Shown here in pieces: positions 54,915 through 64,000 of a DNA stretch of 64,000 nucleotides. The notes below the pieces were generated by a model, which was given only the letters and a program-made list of their open reading frames with translations, made no database searches and had not been told where the DNA came from. The position numbers were made by a program, and so were the translations under genes. Within the stretch, counting starts at the first letter, position 1; each line of letters begins with the position of its first letter. The stretch is from Betaproteobacteria bacterium (GTDB taxonomy: Bacteria > Pseudomonadota > Gammaproteobacteria > Burkholderiales > JACQAP01): assembly GCA_016194905.1 (NCBI GenBank), contig JACQAP010000026.1:28418-92417 (forward strand), read 5' to 3'.

Positions 54915-55033
54915 GGAGAAGACAAGCTTTGGTCACGGCTGGCGGCGCGAAATGACCGATGGAAGTCTTTTGAGCGCAGGCTGTAAGGATGGGCTTGAGC
55001 GAACGACAGAGTTGCCCCATGCCGGTCGCCGGC

Positions 55034-55057
55034 AAAAAAAAGCCCGGCAAGCCGGGC
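55034..55057 (-). terminator. Rho-independent terminator downstream of the lactonase gene
   Basis: The minus strand reads gcccggc-tt-gccgggc followed by TTTTTTTT (plus-strand A8 at 55034-55041). Confidence 0.8.
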
Positions 55058-55093
55058 GCAAGGGAGGAGAGAAGCAATTCGCAGATATGCAAT

Positions 55094-56722
55094 CTAGGGC
55101 CGAATGCCCTGAACTTTGAGCGGCAGCCGGTATAGCGCCGACTGCGCGGTGAGATAGAGCGTGTTGCCATCGTCGCCCCACGCCATGTTGTGCGCATGCT
55201 TCGGCCCACGGATGGTACCGAGGTGTCGTCCATCGGGCGCAAGGATCCATAGTCCGCCGGGACCGGATACGTAGAGATGACCTTCTGCATCCACCTTGAT
55301 GCCGTCAAGCGCGTCTTCGCCAGGCGCGGCGGTCATGTCGAAGAACACCTCGCCAGGCGCCAGAGTGCCGTCGCGGTTTACCGGGTAACGCATCACGACT
55401 TTGTTTTTTTCATCCCAGTTGCCGATGTAGAGATGCTTCTCGTCGGGAGAGAAGGCGATGCCGTTGGGGCCGGTCAGATCGGCCGATAGCAGCGCAAGCA
55501 TGCCGTCCTTGATACGGTAGATACCGCTGTAGGGCAGTTCCTTGCGCGCATCGTCGAAGAACTTCGGCAGGCCGAATGGCGGATCGGTGAAGTACACAGC
55601 GCCGTCGGACTTGATTACCAGGTCGTTCGGACTGTTCAACCTTTTGCCCTGATAGTTGTCGGCGAGCACGGTGATCGTGCCGTCGCGCTCCAGGCGACTC
55701 ACCCGATGGTTACCGTGCTCATCGAAGGTAAGCCGTCCCTGCCTGTCCACCGTAAGACCGTTGGATCCCGGTTGACCGAATTCCGCTATGTCCGCACCTT
55801 CGTAGCCGCTTGGGGAACGGAATACCGACAAGGCGCCAGCGCGTGTGTATTTATATATGGTGTTGGCGTTCGGATCGGAAAACAGCAGGTAACCGCCGTC
55901 GCGTACCCATACCGGTCCTTCCGTGAACTGGAAGCCGTCGGCCAGCTTGAACAGCTTGGGATTCTGGCTGACGATGCGGTCGATCTCCGGATCCAGCCGT
56001 TCGACCTCGATGTTGACTTCGTGCGGAGGAATTGCCATCGGCCCGGTCGGGCCATTGTGAAACTCCAGCCGGGCGTGATGCAGGAAGATGAAGTTGGTCG
56101 GAGAACGCGAAATCGGGCCATTGATCCCGAACACAGCCAACTGGATTTGCTGGCCGGGTTTGACGTCGCGGCCGATGACGAGACGATTCTTCGCGTTCCA
56201 ACCTTTCACGACCGGCCCGCCGCTGTCGCCCATGGCGTAGGCAATCTCGCCGTCCACCCAGATCTCGGCGTAATCGTCCACCTTGGTTTCGAATACGACG
56301 GAGGCGCCGGTCGGATCGAACCGTCCGATGCGCGCGGGAACGGTGAGCCGGATCCGGTACCAGTTGAATGCGACATGGCCATGGCCACGCGGTCGTTTCA
56401 GGGTTTCCGGCGCGATGATTTCCCAGGCGCTGTCGTCGAAGTCAGCGCCGCCCGCTTTCGGCAGGTAGTCGTAGGTGGCAACCGGTTCGCCGGTGGGCTG
56501 ACCGTCCGCACCGGGGCCGATGAAGCGCGCTTCGACGATGCGGGTATCGCTGTAGCGCCACTCACCCTTGACCAATGCGGCCCCGGTGCTGGTTGCCAGG
56601 TCCACCACGGCGCGCGGATTGCCGGGAAAGATATCCGGGTCCGCTGTGCCCGGCGCCGGCATGGCGGCGCCGGCAACGAGGCCGAGGGCGGCCGCAAGCA
56701 GCAGTCGCGCAACGGAGATCAT
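55094..56722 (-). CDS. SMP-30/gluconolactonase/LRE-family beta-propeller protein with an N-terminal sugar-binding-like domain, secreted
   Basis: 542 aa with a signal peptide. The C-terminal half reads EGPVW...LLFSD...N.IY...NGLT.D..GRL...E...R...SPNDLV...DG..YFTDP, a typical SGL propeller. Confidence 0.8.
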   Translation of the reverse strand: MISVARLLLAAALGLVAGAAMPAPGTADPDIFPGNPRAVVDLATSTGAALVKGEWRYSDTRIVEARFIGPGADGQPTGEPVATYDYLPKAGGADFDDSAWEIIAPETLKRPRGHGHVAFNWYRIRLTVPARIGRFDPTGASVVFETKVDDYAEIWVDGEIAYAMGDSGGPVVKGWNAKNRLVIGRDVKPGQQIQLAVFGINGPISRSPTNFIFLHHARLEFHNGPTGPMAIPPHEVNIEVERLDPEIDRIVSQNPKLFKLADGFQFTEGPVWVRDGGYLLFSDPNANTIYKYTRAGALSVFRSPSGYEGADIAEFGQPGSNGLTVDRQGRLTFDEHGNHRVSRLERDGTITVLADNYQGKRLNSPNDLVIKSDGAVYFTDPPFGLPKFFDDARKELPYSGIYRIKDGMLALLSADLTGPNGIAFSPDEKHLYIGNWDEKNKVVMRYPVNRDGTLAPGEVFFDMTAAPGEDALDGIKVDAEGHLYVSGPGGLWILAPDGRHLGTIRGPKHAHNMAWGDDGNTLYLTAQSALYRLPLKVQGIRP

Positions 56723-57219
56723 CTGTTTTCTCCGGTCAGTACCTTGGCCGCCGCCATGGCTATTTCCTCATCTTGAGCCGCACTCGCCGCGCCACTCATA
56801 CCGATCGCGCCGACGGTCTGGCCGTCCACGACCAACGGGATGCCGCCCTGCAACGGGGTGAACAATGTGTCGGGCAATGCCACCATGGTGATGCGACCCT
56901 TGTTGACGATGTCTTCGAAAAATTTGGTCGGTTTGCGAAACAGAGCCGAAGTGCGCGCTTTGCCAAGGGAAATCGTGGACGCGGCCGGAAAGGTATTGTC
57001 CAGACGCGCGGTGAGCACGGCATGGCCGCCGTCATCGACAATCGCAATCGCGCCGCCGGGTGCATCGAGGCGTCTGGCTTCGGCGATGGCCGCCGCCATG
57101 ACTTTCTCCGCACCTTCCAGTGTCAGCGTTTTACGTTCGGTCAGTTGTTCTGCGTGCAGGTTCATCGCCGCTGCAAACAGGGATAACGCAGCAGCAACTC
57201 GCAAAATTGACATGTTCAT
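56719..57219 (-). CDS. GlcG/HbpS-family (DUF336) haem-binding-like protein, secreted
   Basis: 166 aa with a signal peptide, then ...AIAIVDDGGH......D......S...A..KA.T...F...T...GG.P....G...GAIG.SG. It overlaps the downstream gene by 4 nt (ATGA). Confidence 0.8.
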   Translation of the reverse strand: MNMSILRVAAALSLFAAAMNLHAEQLTERKTLTLEGAEKVMAAAIAEARRLDAPGGAIAIVDDGGHAVLTARLDNTFPAASTISLGKARTSALFRKPTKFFEDIVNKGRITMVALPDTLFTPLQGGIPLVVDGQTVGAIGMSGAASAAQDEEIAMAAAKVLTGENR

Positions 57220-57313
57220 GATGGCCTCGCGATTTCGGGCGCTGCCGGGGTGGCGCCCGTAAATTGGGGAACGAAGTCGGGACCGGAAGCTGCCCGGCCC
57301 CGAGGCTGTGGGC

Positions 57314-57613
57314 TCAGTTCTTGACGCCGGGAGTCGGATCGATGGCGGCGGTCAGATGCGCACCGGAAATCTTTTCGCAGGTGCCCTTCGGCACATAGAT
57401 CCACGCTTCCGGGTCGCGGTCGCTGGTGACATGGCCGTGACACTGGTTCTTGCTGGTGGCGCAGTCGTTCTTGCTGGCCTTGATGATGCCGGCGCACTTC
57501 TCTTCCTTGCTGTGGTCGTTGTCGGCGGCCATCGATTGGGAGCCGAAGGCCAGCGCGCCGGCCGCGAACAGGCTGGCGAAGGTGCTGCGGATGATGCGAT
57601 CAGAGGTTTTCAT
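57314..57613 (-). CDS. DUF2282 4-Cys RiPP precursor (BufA1-like), orphan copy
   Basis: 99 aa from ATG 57613, with AAGGAG 5 nt upstream: [29 protein letters not shown]|[58 protein letters not shown]... Its Cys spacing (10-6-19) matches 52501..52791. Confidence 0.85.
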   Translation of the reverse strand: MKTSDRIIRSTFASLFAAGALAFGSQSMAADNDHSKEEKCAGIIKASKNDCATSKNQCHGHVTSDRDPEAWIYVPKGTCEKISGAHLTAAIDPTPGVKN

Positions 57614-57670
57614 TGTTGCTCCTTTGCAGTTGGTGAATGAACGGGGCGTTGCAGCGCTCAACCGGGTTGA

Positions 57671-59059
<1,389 letters not shown>

Positions 59060-59101
59060 CGGTCAGCTTGTCGATCGAGGGCGTGCGGTCCTTCCGCTGA
59101 A

Positions 59102-59758
59102 ATGACTGTTTCCCGCGTGCGCAGGTCGAGGGTCTGGATCTTCGACCTCGATAACACCCTCCACGATGCGCGACCGCATATCTTTCCGCATATCAACCGC
59201 TCGATGACGGAGTACGTAGCCGGGCTGCTCGATCTCGACGAGGAGGACGCCAACGCGTTACGCGACTTCTACTGGAAGCGCTACGGTGCGACGCTGCTCG
59301 GTCTGATCCGGCACCATCGCGTCGATCCAGGGCATTTTTTGCGCGAAACCCATCATTTCCCCGAACTCGACCGCATGGTCGTGGGCCGCCGTGAATTGCG
59401 CTCCGTCCTGCGGCGCCTGCCAGGCCGCAAGATCGTGTTCTCGAATGCGCCGGGACATTACGCGCGTGCCGTCCTGCAGGCGCTGGGGGTGCGCGATCTG
59501 TTCGACGATGTCTTTTCGATCGAGCGCACCCGGTTTCGACCTAAGCCGGAAGCACACGGATTTCTGCGCCTGATGCACGCGCATCGACTGGTAGCGTCGC
59601 GCTGCGTCATGGTGGAAGATAGCTTGGAGAATCTGCGCACCGCCAAGCGTCTGGGAATGAAAACCGTGTGGATGACGGAGTCGAATTGCGCGCCGGCCTG
59701 GGTGGACGCCAATGTGCGGCAACTGTTCCGGCTACCCAGGTTGTTGCGCCTCCTGTAA
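59102..59758 (+). CDS. HAD-superfamily pyrimidine 5'-nucleotidase-like hydrolase
   Basis: 218 aa with WIFDLDNTLH (the DxDxT motif), KIVFSNAP and C-terminal ...MVEDS..NL..A..LGM.TVW. Confidence 0.7.
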   Translation: MTVSRVRRSRVWIFDLDNTLHDARPHIFPHINRSMTEYVAGLLDLDEEDANALRDFYWKRYGATLLGLIRHHRVDPGHFLRETHHFPELDRMVVGRRELRSVLRRLPGRKIVFSNAPGHYARAVLQALGVRDLFDDVFSIERTRFRPKPEAHGFLRLMHAHRLVASRCVMVEDSLENLRTAKRLGMKTVWMTESNCAPAWVDANVRQLFRLPRLLRLL

Positions 59759-59845
59759 GGCGCGCCGCTTCGCACAACGCCGGTTCGTGTTAAATTTCGC
59801 GCCGTTCGGGTAACCTTTCCTCCCTCCACCCCAATCAGCGTTGCC

Positions 59846-60418
59846 ATGCCTACCAAGCCGGGAGAACGCAAGCTGCAGATTCTGCAGACCCTTGCGAGCA
59901 TGCTCGAAAATCCAAAGGGTGAAAAAATCACCACTGCCGCGCTCGCTGCCAGACTCGATGTTTCGGAGGCGGCGCTCTACCGGCATTTCGCGAGCAAGGC
60001 GCAGATGTTCGAGGGATTGATCGAATTCATCGAGCAGACCCTGTTTGGGCTGGTGAACAAGATTACCGCGGAGGAGGCGAGCGGACTGAAGCAGCTCGAG
60101 GCGATCATGACGACGTTGCTCGGCTTTGCCAAGAAAAATCCCGGCATGACGCGTGTGCTGATCGGCGACGCACTGGTCAATGAAGACGAGCGCCTGCAGG
60201 CGCGCATCAACCAGTTGCATGACCGGCTGGAAGCAACGCTGAAGCAGGCCTTGCGCTTCGCGATTTCGGAAAAACAGATTCCGGAAAATACCGACGCAGC
60301 CGCCCAGGCCAATCTCATGATCGCTTTCGTGGTCGGCCGCTGGCACCAGTTTGCCAAGAGCGGATTCAGGCGCGACCCCACGGAGCAGTGGGCCGCGCAA
60401 TGGCCCGCGCTGGTATAG
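59846..60418 (+). CDS. slmA: Nucleoid occlusion factor SlmA (TetR family)
   Basis: 190 aa: GERKLQILQTLA.MLE.....KITTA.LAA.L.VSEAALYRHF.SKAQMFEGLIEFIE..LF. This is a close SlmA pattern. Confidence 0.85.
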   Translation: MPTKPGERKLQILQTLASMLENPKGEKITTAALAARLDVSEAALYRHFASKAQMFEGLIEFIEQTLFGLVNKITAEEASGLKQLEAIMTTLLGFAKKNPGMTRVLIGDALVNEDERLQARINQLHDRLEATLKQALRFAISEKQIPENTDAAAQANLMIAFVVGRWHQFAKSGFRRDPTEQWAAQWPALV

Positions 60419-60894
60419 CTTCCTTGCGATATGCCGCGAAGGTCGTCAGGGCCATGGCGTGCGCTGCCATGTTTGTATTGCTGGGCGGTTGCGGCACCTC
60501 GGACGACGACTTTGCGAAAGTGGTCGCCGGGACCTGGGGTTCGCGCGAAGTCGCACCGGACGACGTGATCGTCGAAACCGAGTTCACGCTGCTTCCCGGA
60601 GGGCGGGTCAACTGGCAGGGCGAGTTGCGCATGCTGGTGCCCCCCGATTTCTATCTGCCGAATCGCCCCAATTACGAAGTGAAGAATGGCCGGCTGGTGT
60701 ACTACTTCTCTGCGAGCGGCAACTGGGCGGTACGCGATGGCTACCTGCACACCAGGATCGAGTCTTCGACCTTGCCCAGTCTGATGCCGGTGGGTTTTGC
60801 CGCGGCCTGGCATCTCAAGGAAGTCACCAGCAAGGAAATGATCTATGTATCCGCGGCCAACGGCCGGACGCGCGTGGAAGTTCGCAAGCAGTAA
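60388..60894 (+). CDS. Hypothetical lipoprotein
   Basis: It has a lipobox (FVLLGGC) after a basic/hydrophobic N-region. I recognise no family. The start is uncertain (60388, 60400 or 60454) and the 5' end overlaps the slmA 3' end. Confidence 0.55.
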   Translation: MGRAMARAGIASLRYAAKVVRAMACAAMFVLLGGCGTSDDDFAKVVAGTWGSREVAPDDVIVETEFTLLPGGRVNWQGELRMLVPPDFYLPNRPNYEVKNGRLVYYFSASGNWAVRDGYLHTRIESSTLPSLMPVGFAAAWHLKEVTSKEMIYVSAANGRTRVEVRKQ

Positions 60895-60903
60895 GCGTCA
60901 ACG

Positions 60904-61695
60904 TTACGGCCGCGCGCACACCTCAACGGCTTCGCGCTGCGTCGTATCTCCCGCCGCGCACACGGCGCAATGCGGATCTTTCTTGAGTCGCACACTCCTC
61001 CATTCCATCGTCAGCGCGTCGAGCAGCAGCAACCTGCCGGTCAGGTCCCGGCCCACGCCCATCAGCAATTTCAGCACTTCGGCGGCCTGGACCGAACCAA
61101 TTATTCCGACCAGCGGGGCGAATACGCCCATGACGGCACAGCGCATTTCCTCGAGATCCCCACTTTCCGGAAACAGGCAGTGATAGCACGGGCTGTCCGC
61201 TCTGCGCAGATCGAATACCGCAACCTGGCCGTCGAAGCGGACACCCGCGCCCGACACCAGCGGTTTGGAAAATCTGACGCAGGCGCGATTGATGGCATGA
61301 CGCGTGGCGAAATTGTCGGTGCAATCGATGATCACATCCGCGGACTGGACCAGTTCCTCCAATCGTTCGCCGGCTACGCGTTCAGCAATGGCGGTGACAA
61401 CGGTCTCCGGATTGATGCGCGACAGCGTGCGGCGCGCGGATTCGACCTTGCGCTCGCCGATCGAATCGGTGAAATGCACGATCTGCCGTTGCAGATTGGT
61501 CAGGTCGACATTGTCGTCGTCGCATACGGTGAATCGACCCACGCCGCTCGCTGCCAGATAAAGCGATACCGGGGCGCCGAGTCCGCCGGCGCCGATCATC
61601 AAGGCGTGCGAGTCGAGCAACTTCTGCTGGCCGTCGATGCCGATCTCGGGCAGCAAGATGTGGCGGCTGTAACGCAGTAGTTGGTTGTCGTCCAT
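60904..61695 (-). CDS. moeB: ThiF/MoeB-family adenylyltransferase (molybdopterin-synthase adenylyltransferase-like)
   Basis: 263 aa from ATG 61695 with RYSRHILLPEIGIDGQQKL, IGAGGLGAPV.LYLAA.GVG, and two CxxC pairs (CYHC; CAVC). Confidence 0.7.
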   Translation of the reverse strand: MDDNQLLRYSRHILLPEIGIDGQQKLLDSHALMIGAGGLGAPVSLYLAASGVGRFTVCDDDNVDLTNLQRQIVHFTDSIGERKVESARRTLSRINPETVVTAIAERVAGERLEELVQSADVIIDCTDNFATRHAINRACVRFSKPLVSGAGVRFDGQVAVFDLRRADSPCYHCLFPESGDLEEMRCAVMGVFAPLVGIIGSVQAAEVLKLLMGVGRDLTGRLLLLDALTMEWRSVRLKKDPHCAVCAAGDTTQREAVEVCARP

Positions 61696-61743
61696 TGCGG
61701 TAATTAGTCCGGATTTTGCGGGCATCTTAACGCGGAAGGCCCG

Positions 61744-61770
61744 CACTGGGCGGGCCTTCCGTTGGCTGGC
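61744..61770. terminator. GC-rich hairpin downstream of the S41 peptidase gene
   Basis: ggaaggcccgc-actgg-gcgggccttcc forms an 11-bp stem. There is no obvious U-tract. Confidence 0.4.
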
Positions 61771-61787
61771 GCTTGCCTAGGCAGCGG

Positions 61788-63206
61788 TTATCTCTTGCCA
61801 ATAATCTGCAGACCTTTTAGCAGATTCAACGCCTGATTCAACTGATAGTCGTTCTTCGACACGATGTCCGGCGGCGTGCCGTCATCGGTAGGTTTGTCCT
61901 CGGCCTTGGGCGCTGACGGCGCGGGCGGCACCGCCGACTGCGGCTGCGGCGCGGGTTGCTTGATTTCGGACGTACCGCCTTGCGGATTGGCCAGATGGCG
62001 CTCCAAGTCGGCTTCACGCAACCTGGCGGCGGCCTCCCCTTCGGTCACGGTCGCTTCTTCGACGATGATGTCGGGTGTGATGCCCTTCGCCTGGATCGAG
62101 CGTCCGTTCGGCGTGAAGTAGCGCGCAGTGGTGAGCTTGATCGCGGTGCCGTTGCCGAGCGGAAGAATGGTCTGCACCGATCCCTTGCCGAACGTCTGCG
62201 TCCCCATCACCACCGCGCGCTTGTGATCCTGCAGGGCGCCCGCCACGATTTCCGACGCCGATGCAGATCCGCTGTTGACCAGCACGACCATCGGCAGTGT
62301 CTTGAGCTCCTTCGGCAGCTTCTTGAGATAGTCGTCCTTGCTGCCGCGCAGGTAATACTCGGGGCGCGCGAACAGCTTCATCTTGGCGTCTTCGGTGCGA
62401 CCTTCGGTGTAGACCACCAGCGCTTCGCTTGGCAGGAAGGCCGACGAAATAGCCACGGCGCCGTTGAGCAGACCGCCCGGATCATTGCGCAAATCCAGGA
62501 TGATGCCCTTCATCGGGCCGTTGTTGTCCTTGAACAGCTTCTCGACGTATTTCGCCAGGGTCTCGCCGGTGTGCTCCTGGAACTGGGTGACCCGGAAATA
62601 GGCGTAACCCGGTTCGAGCAACTTGGACTTCACGCTCTGGATCTGGATCACGGCGCGGGTCAGCGTCACCACGCGCGGCTTGGTATCGCCTTTGCGCACG
62701 AAGGTCAGCGTGATCGGCGTATTGGGTTTACCGCGCATGCGCTTGACGGCATCGTTCAGGGTCATGCCTTTCACATTGGCTTCGTCGAGCTTGATGATCA
62801 GATCGCCCGACTTGAGGCCCGCCCGCCAGGCCGGTGTATCCTCGATCGGCGCGACGACCTTGACGAAACCGTCTTCCATGCCGACTTCGATGCCCAGGCC
62901 GCCAAATTCGCCCTGGGTGCCGACCTGCAGGTCCCTGAATGCTTCGGCGTCCAGATAGGCGGAATGCGGATCCAGGCCGGACAGCATGCCGTTGATCGCT
63001 TCGGAGATGAGCTTCTTGTCGTCGACCGGCTCGACATAGTCGTTCTTGATGCGACCGAATACTTCGGTGAACGCGCGCAAATCCTCGATCGGCAGCGGGC
63101 CGACGTTTTTTTGCGCCACGGCGGAAAAGTTCAGGCTGATCAGCACGCCAAGGATCGCCCCAAGGACAATCAGGCCAATCTGCCGAAATTTGCTATGCAT
63201 CTTCAT
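61788..63206 (-). CDS. Carboxy-terminal processing peptidase (S41A; Ctp/Prc-like)
   Basis: 472 aa with an N-terminal anchor, a PDZ region (GLGIEVG...GD.I..LD) and the catalytic block VVLVNSGSASASEIVAGALQDH.RAVVMGT.TFGKGSVQ. Confidence 0.9.
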   Translation of the reverse strand: MKMHSKFRQIGLIVLGAILGVLISLNFSAVAQKNVGPLPIEDLRAFTEVFGRIKNDYVEPVDDKKLISEAINGMLSGLDPHSAYLDAEAFRDLQVGTQGEFGGLGIEVGMEDGFVKVVAPIEDTPAWRAGLKSGDLIIKLDEANVKGMTLNDAVKRMRGKPNTPITLTFVRKGDTKPRVVTLTRAVIQIQSVKSKLLEPGYAYFRVTQFQEHTGETLAKYVEKLFKDNNGPMKGIILDLRNDPGGLLNGAVAISSAFLPSEALVVYTEGRTEDAKMKLFARPEYYLRGSKDDYLKKLPKELKTLPMVVLVNSGSASASEIVAGALQDHKRAVVMGTQTFGKGSVQTILPLGNGTAIKLTTARYFTPNGRSIQAKGITPDIIVEEATVTEGEAAARLREADLERHLANPQGGTSEIKQPAPQPQSAVPPAPSAPKAEDKPTDDGTPPDIVSKNDYQLNQALNLLKGLQIIGKR

Positions 63207-63241
63207 GACTCCTCATGTGCGCAACCCGATGGCGCGCGATC

Positions 63242-64000
63242 TCATTTCAACGTTACCCAAGGGATGGGGTCGAAAGGCTTTCCCTGAAATCTCAGTTCAA
63301 AGTATAAACCCGAATCAGGGTTGCCACCGCTGTTGCCCGTTGCGGCGATCGTGTCGCCCGCCCGGGTTTCTTCGCCGACCTGTTTGAGCAGCGACTCGTT
63401 ATTGCCATATAGGCTCATATAACCGTCGCCGTGGTCAAGAATCAGCAGGTTACCGAAGCCGCGCAGCCAGTCTGCGTAAACTACCCGGCCGCCGGCTACC
63501 GCCTTGACGTCCCGGCCGGGCTTGGCGGAAATAAACAAACCCTTCCACGATAAACCACTGTCCTTTCTTTGGCCGCCGAAGCGGTTCATCAGTTCCCCGA
63601 TCACCGGTAGCCGCAATCTGCCCTTCAACTGGCGGAATGGCCCTGATCCGGTGTCGGCATTCGGCAATGCCTGATTGGTTATGCGTTTGCCGGGTTTCTT
63701 GTTCTTGCGCGCTGCTTCCTTTGCGAGCCGCTCGATCAGCTGGGAGAGCCGTTCTTCGTCGCGTTTGAGCGTGGAAAGCTGCTCGCGGCTCTTGTCGATG
63801 TCGTCCGAAACCCTGACGTAGACCCGCTGGCGTTCCGCTTTTTCCTTCTCCAACCGGCGCATTTGCGATGTTTCCTCGCTTTGCAGCGCGTGCAGTTCCG
63901 AACTCCTGCGGCGGGTTTCGTCTGTCAGTTTCTCGAGGTTGGCGAGATTTTCCCTGAGGCTGGCGAGGAGTTCGGCGCGGGCTCGCGAGACGTAACTGAG
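63242..64000 (-). CDS. M23/LytM-domain murein hydrolase activator (EnvC-like); 5' end beyond the window
   Basis: The frame stays open to nt 64000 (…LSYVSRARAELLASLRENLANLEKLTDETRRRSSELHALQSEETSQMRRLEKEK…), giving a coiled-coil N-part. The C-terminal LytM block reads ILDHGDGYMSLYG.N....V.G..V..G..IA..G.SGG. The track lists only 63242..63862. Confidence 0.8.
   Translation of the reverse strand, partial: LSYVSRARAELLASLRENLANLEKLTDETRRRSSELHALQSEETSQMRRLEKEKAERQRVYVRVSDDIDKSREQLSTLKRDEERLSQLIERLAKEAARKNKKPGKRITNQALPNADTGSGPFRQLKGRLRLPVIGELMNRFGGQRKDSGLSWKGLFISAKPGRDVKAVAGGRVVYADWLRGFGNLLILDHGDGYMSLYGNNESLLKQVGEETRAGDTIAATGNSGGNPDSGLYFELRFQGKPFDPIPWVTLK

Noticed and set aside
61956-63287. 443-aa plus-strand ORF, together with other long antisense ORFs (55706..56776, 58157..58999, 44776..45633, 13846..14637, 29558..30658, 1095..1748, 20447..21277, 21973..22815).
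   Set aside because: Each lies opposite a gene with strong family motifs (S41 peptidase, lactonase, argB, GH63-like, WbpM-like and others). None has motifs of its own.

Overview
This is a 64-kb, high-GC (about 60% by eye) proteobacterial chromosome segment. Gene content and synteny (slmA, PBP5/6-dat-ybeD-lipB-lipA, argB) suggest a beta- or gammaproteobacterium, but that cannot be verified here. I recognised no rRNA, tRNA, CRISPR array, transposase or integrase.

Layout:
(i) 1-15.9 kb is the distal part of an O-antigen/surface-polysaccharide cluster. It holds three methyltransferases, a WecE-type aminotransferase, several glycosyltransferases, an O-acyltransferase and an epimerase/WbpL-like/WbpM-like module. 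One methyltransferase is an edge-truncated ORF at 1..687 that is missing from the supplied track. A hicBA toxin-antitoxin cassette sits next to a truncated epimerase paralogue.
(ii) 16-26.2 kb is an LPS core/ligase cluster: O-antigen ligase, a low-GC orphan GT-like gene, three GT9 genes, GT2, GT4 and an AsnB-like amidotransferase.
(iii) 26.3-31.6 kb is housekeeping: TlpA-like redoxin, FkbM methyltransferase, lipA, lipB, ybeD, D-amino-acid aminotransferase and PBP5/6.
(iv) 31.7-58 kb is the interesting part. It has two DUF692 (MNIO)/DUF2063 enzyme pairs and four Cys-rich, signal-peptide-bearing small precursors of two families (4-Cys DUF2282 type and 6-Cys CKG-repeat type), i.e. a multi-locus bufferin-like RiPP system.
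- Locus A (32.2-35.0 kb) lies behind an ECF sigma and a ZAS-type mini anti-sigma, and converges on a PCu(A)C copper chaperone.
- Locus B (52.0-54.8 kb) is rearranged. A tightly coupled, Cys-free, acidic 69-aa ORF occupies the usual precursor slot.
- A third site (57.3-58.0 kb) carries two orphan precursors.
- An 11-bp-periodic GTGAT direct-repeat motif recurs upstream of the locus B and orphan units.
- These loci bracket a roughly 22-kb same-strand block. It encodes two PAS-GAF proteins, a two-component system, a DoxX-DoxX-NDH-2 fusion, an aquaporin, two large glycoside hydrolases, and GMC/VOC/SDR redox enzymes.
(v) 58-64 kb is housekeeping: argB, a nucleotidase, slmA, moeB-like, S41 peptidase and an EnvC-like gene.

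Many long track ORFs are antisense or alternative-frame shadows typical of high-GC DNA and were rejected.
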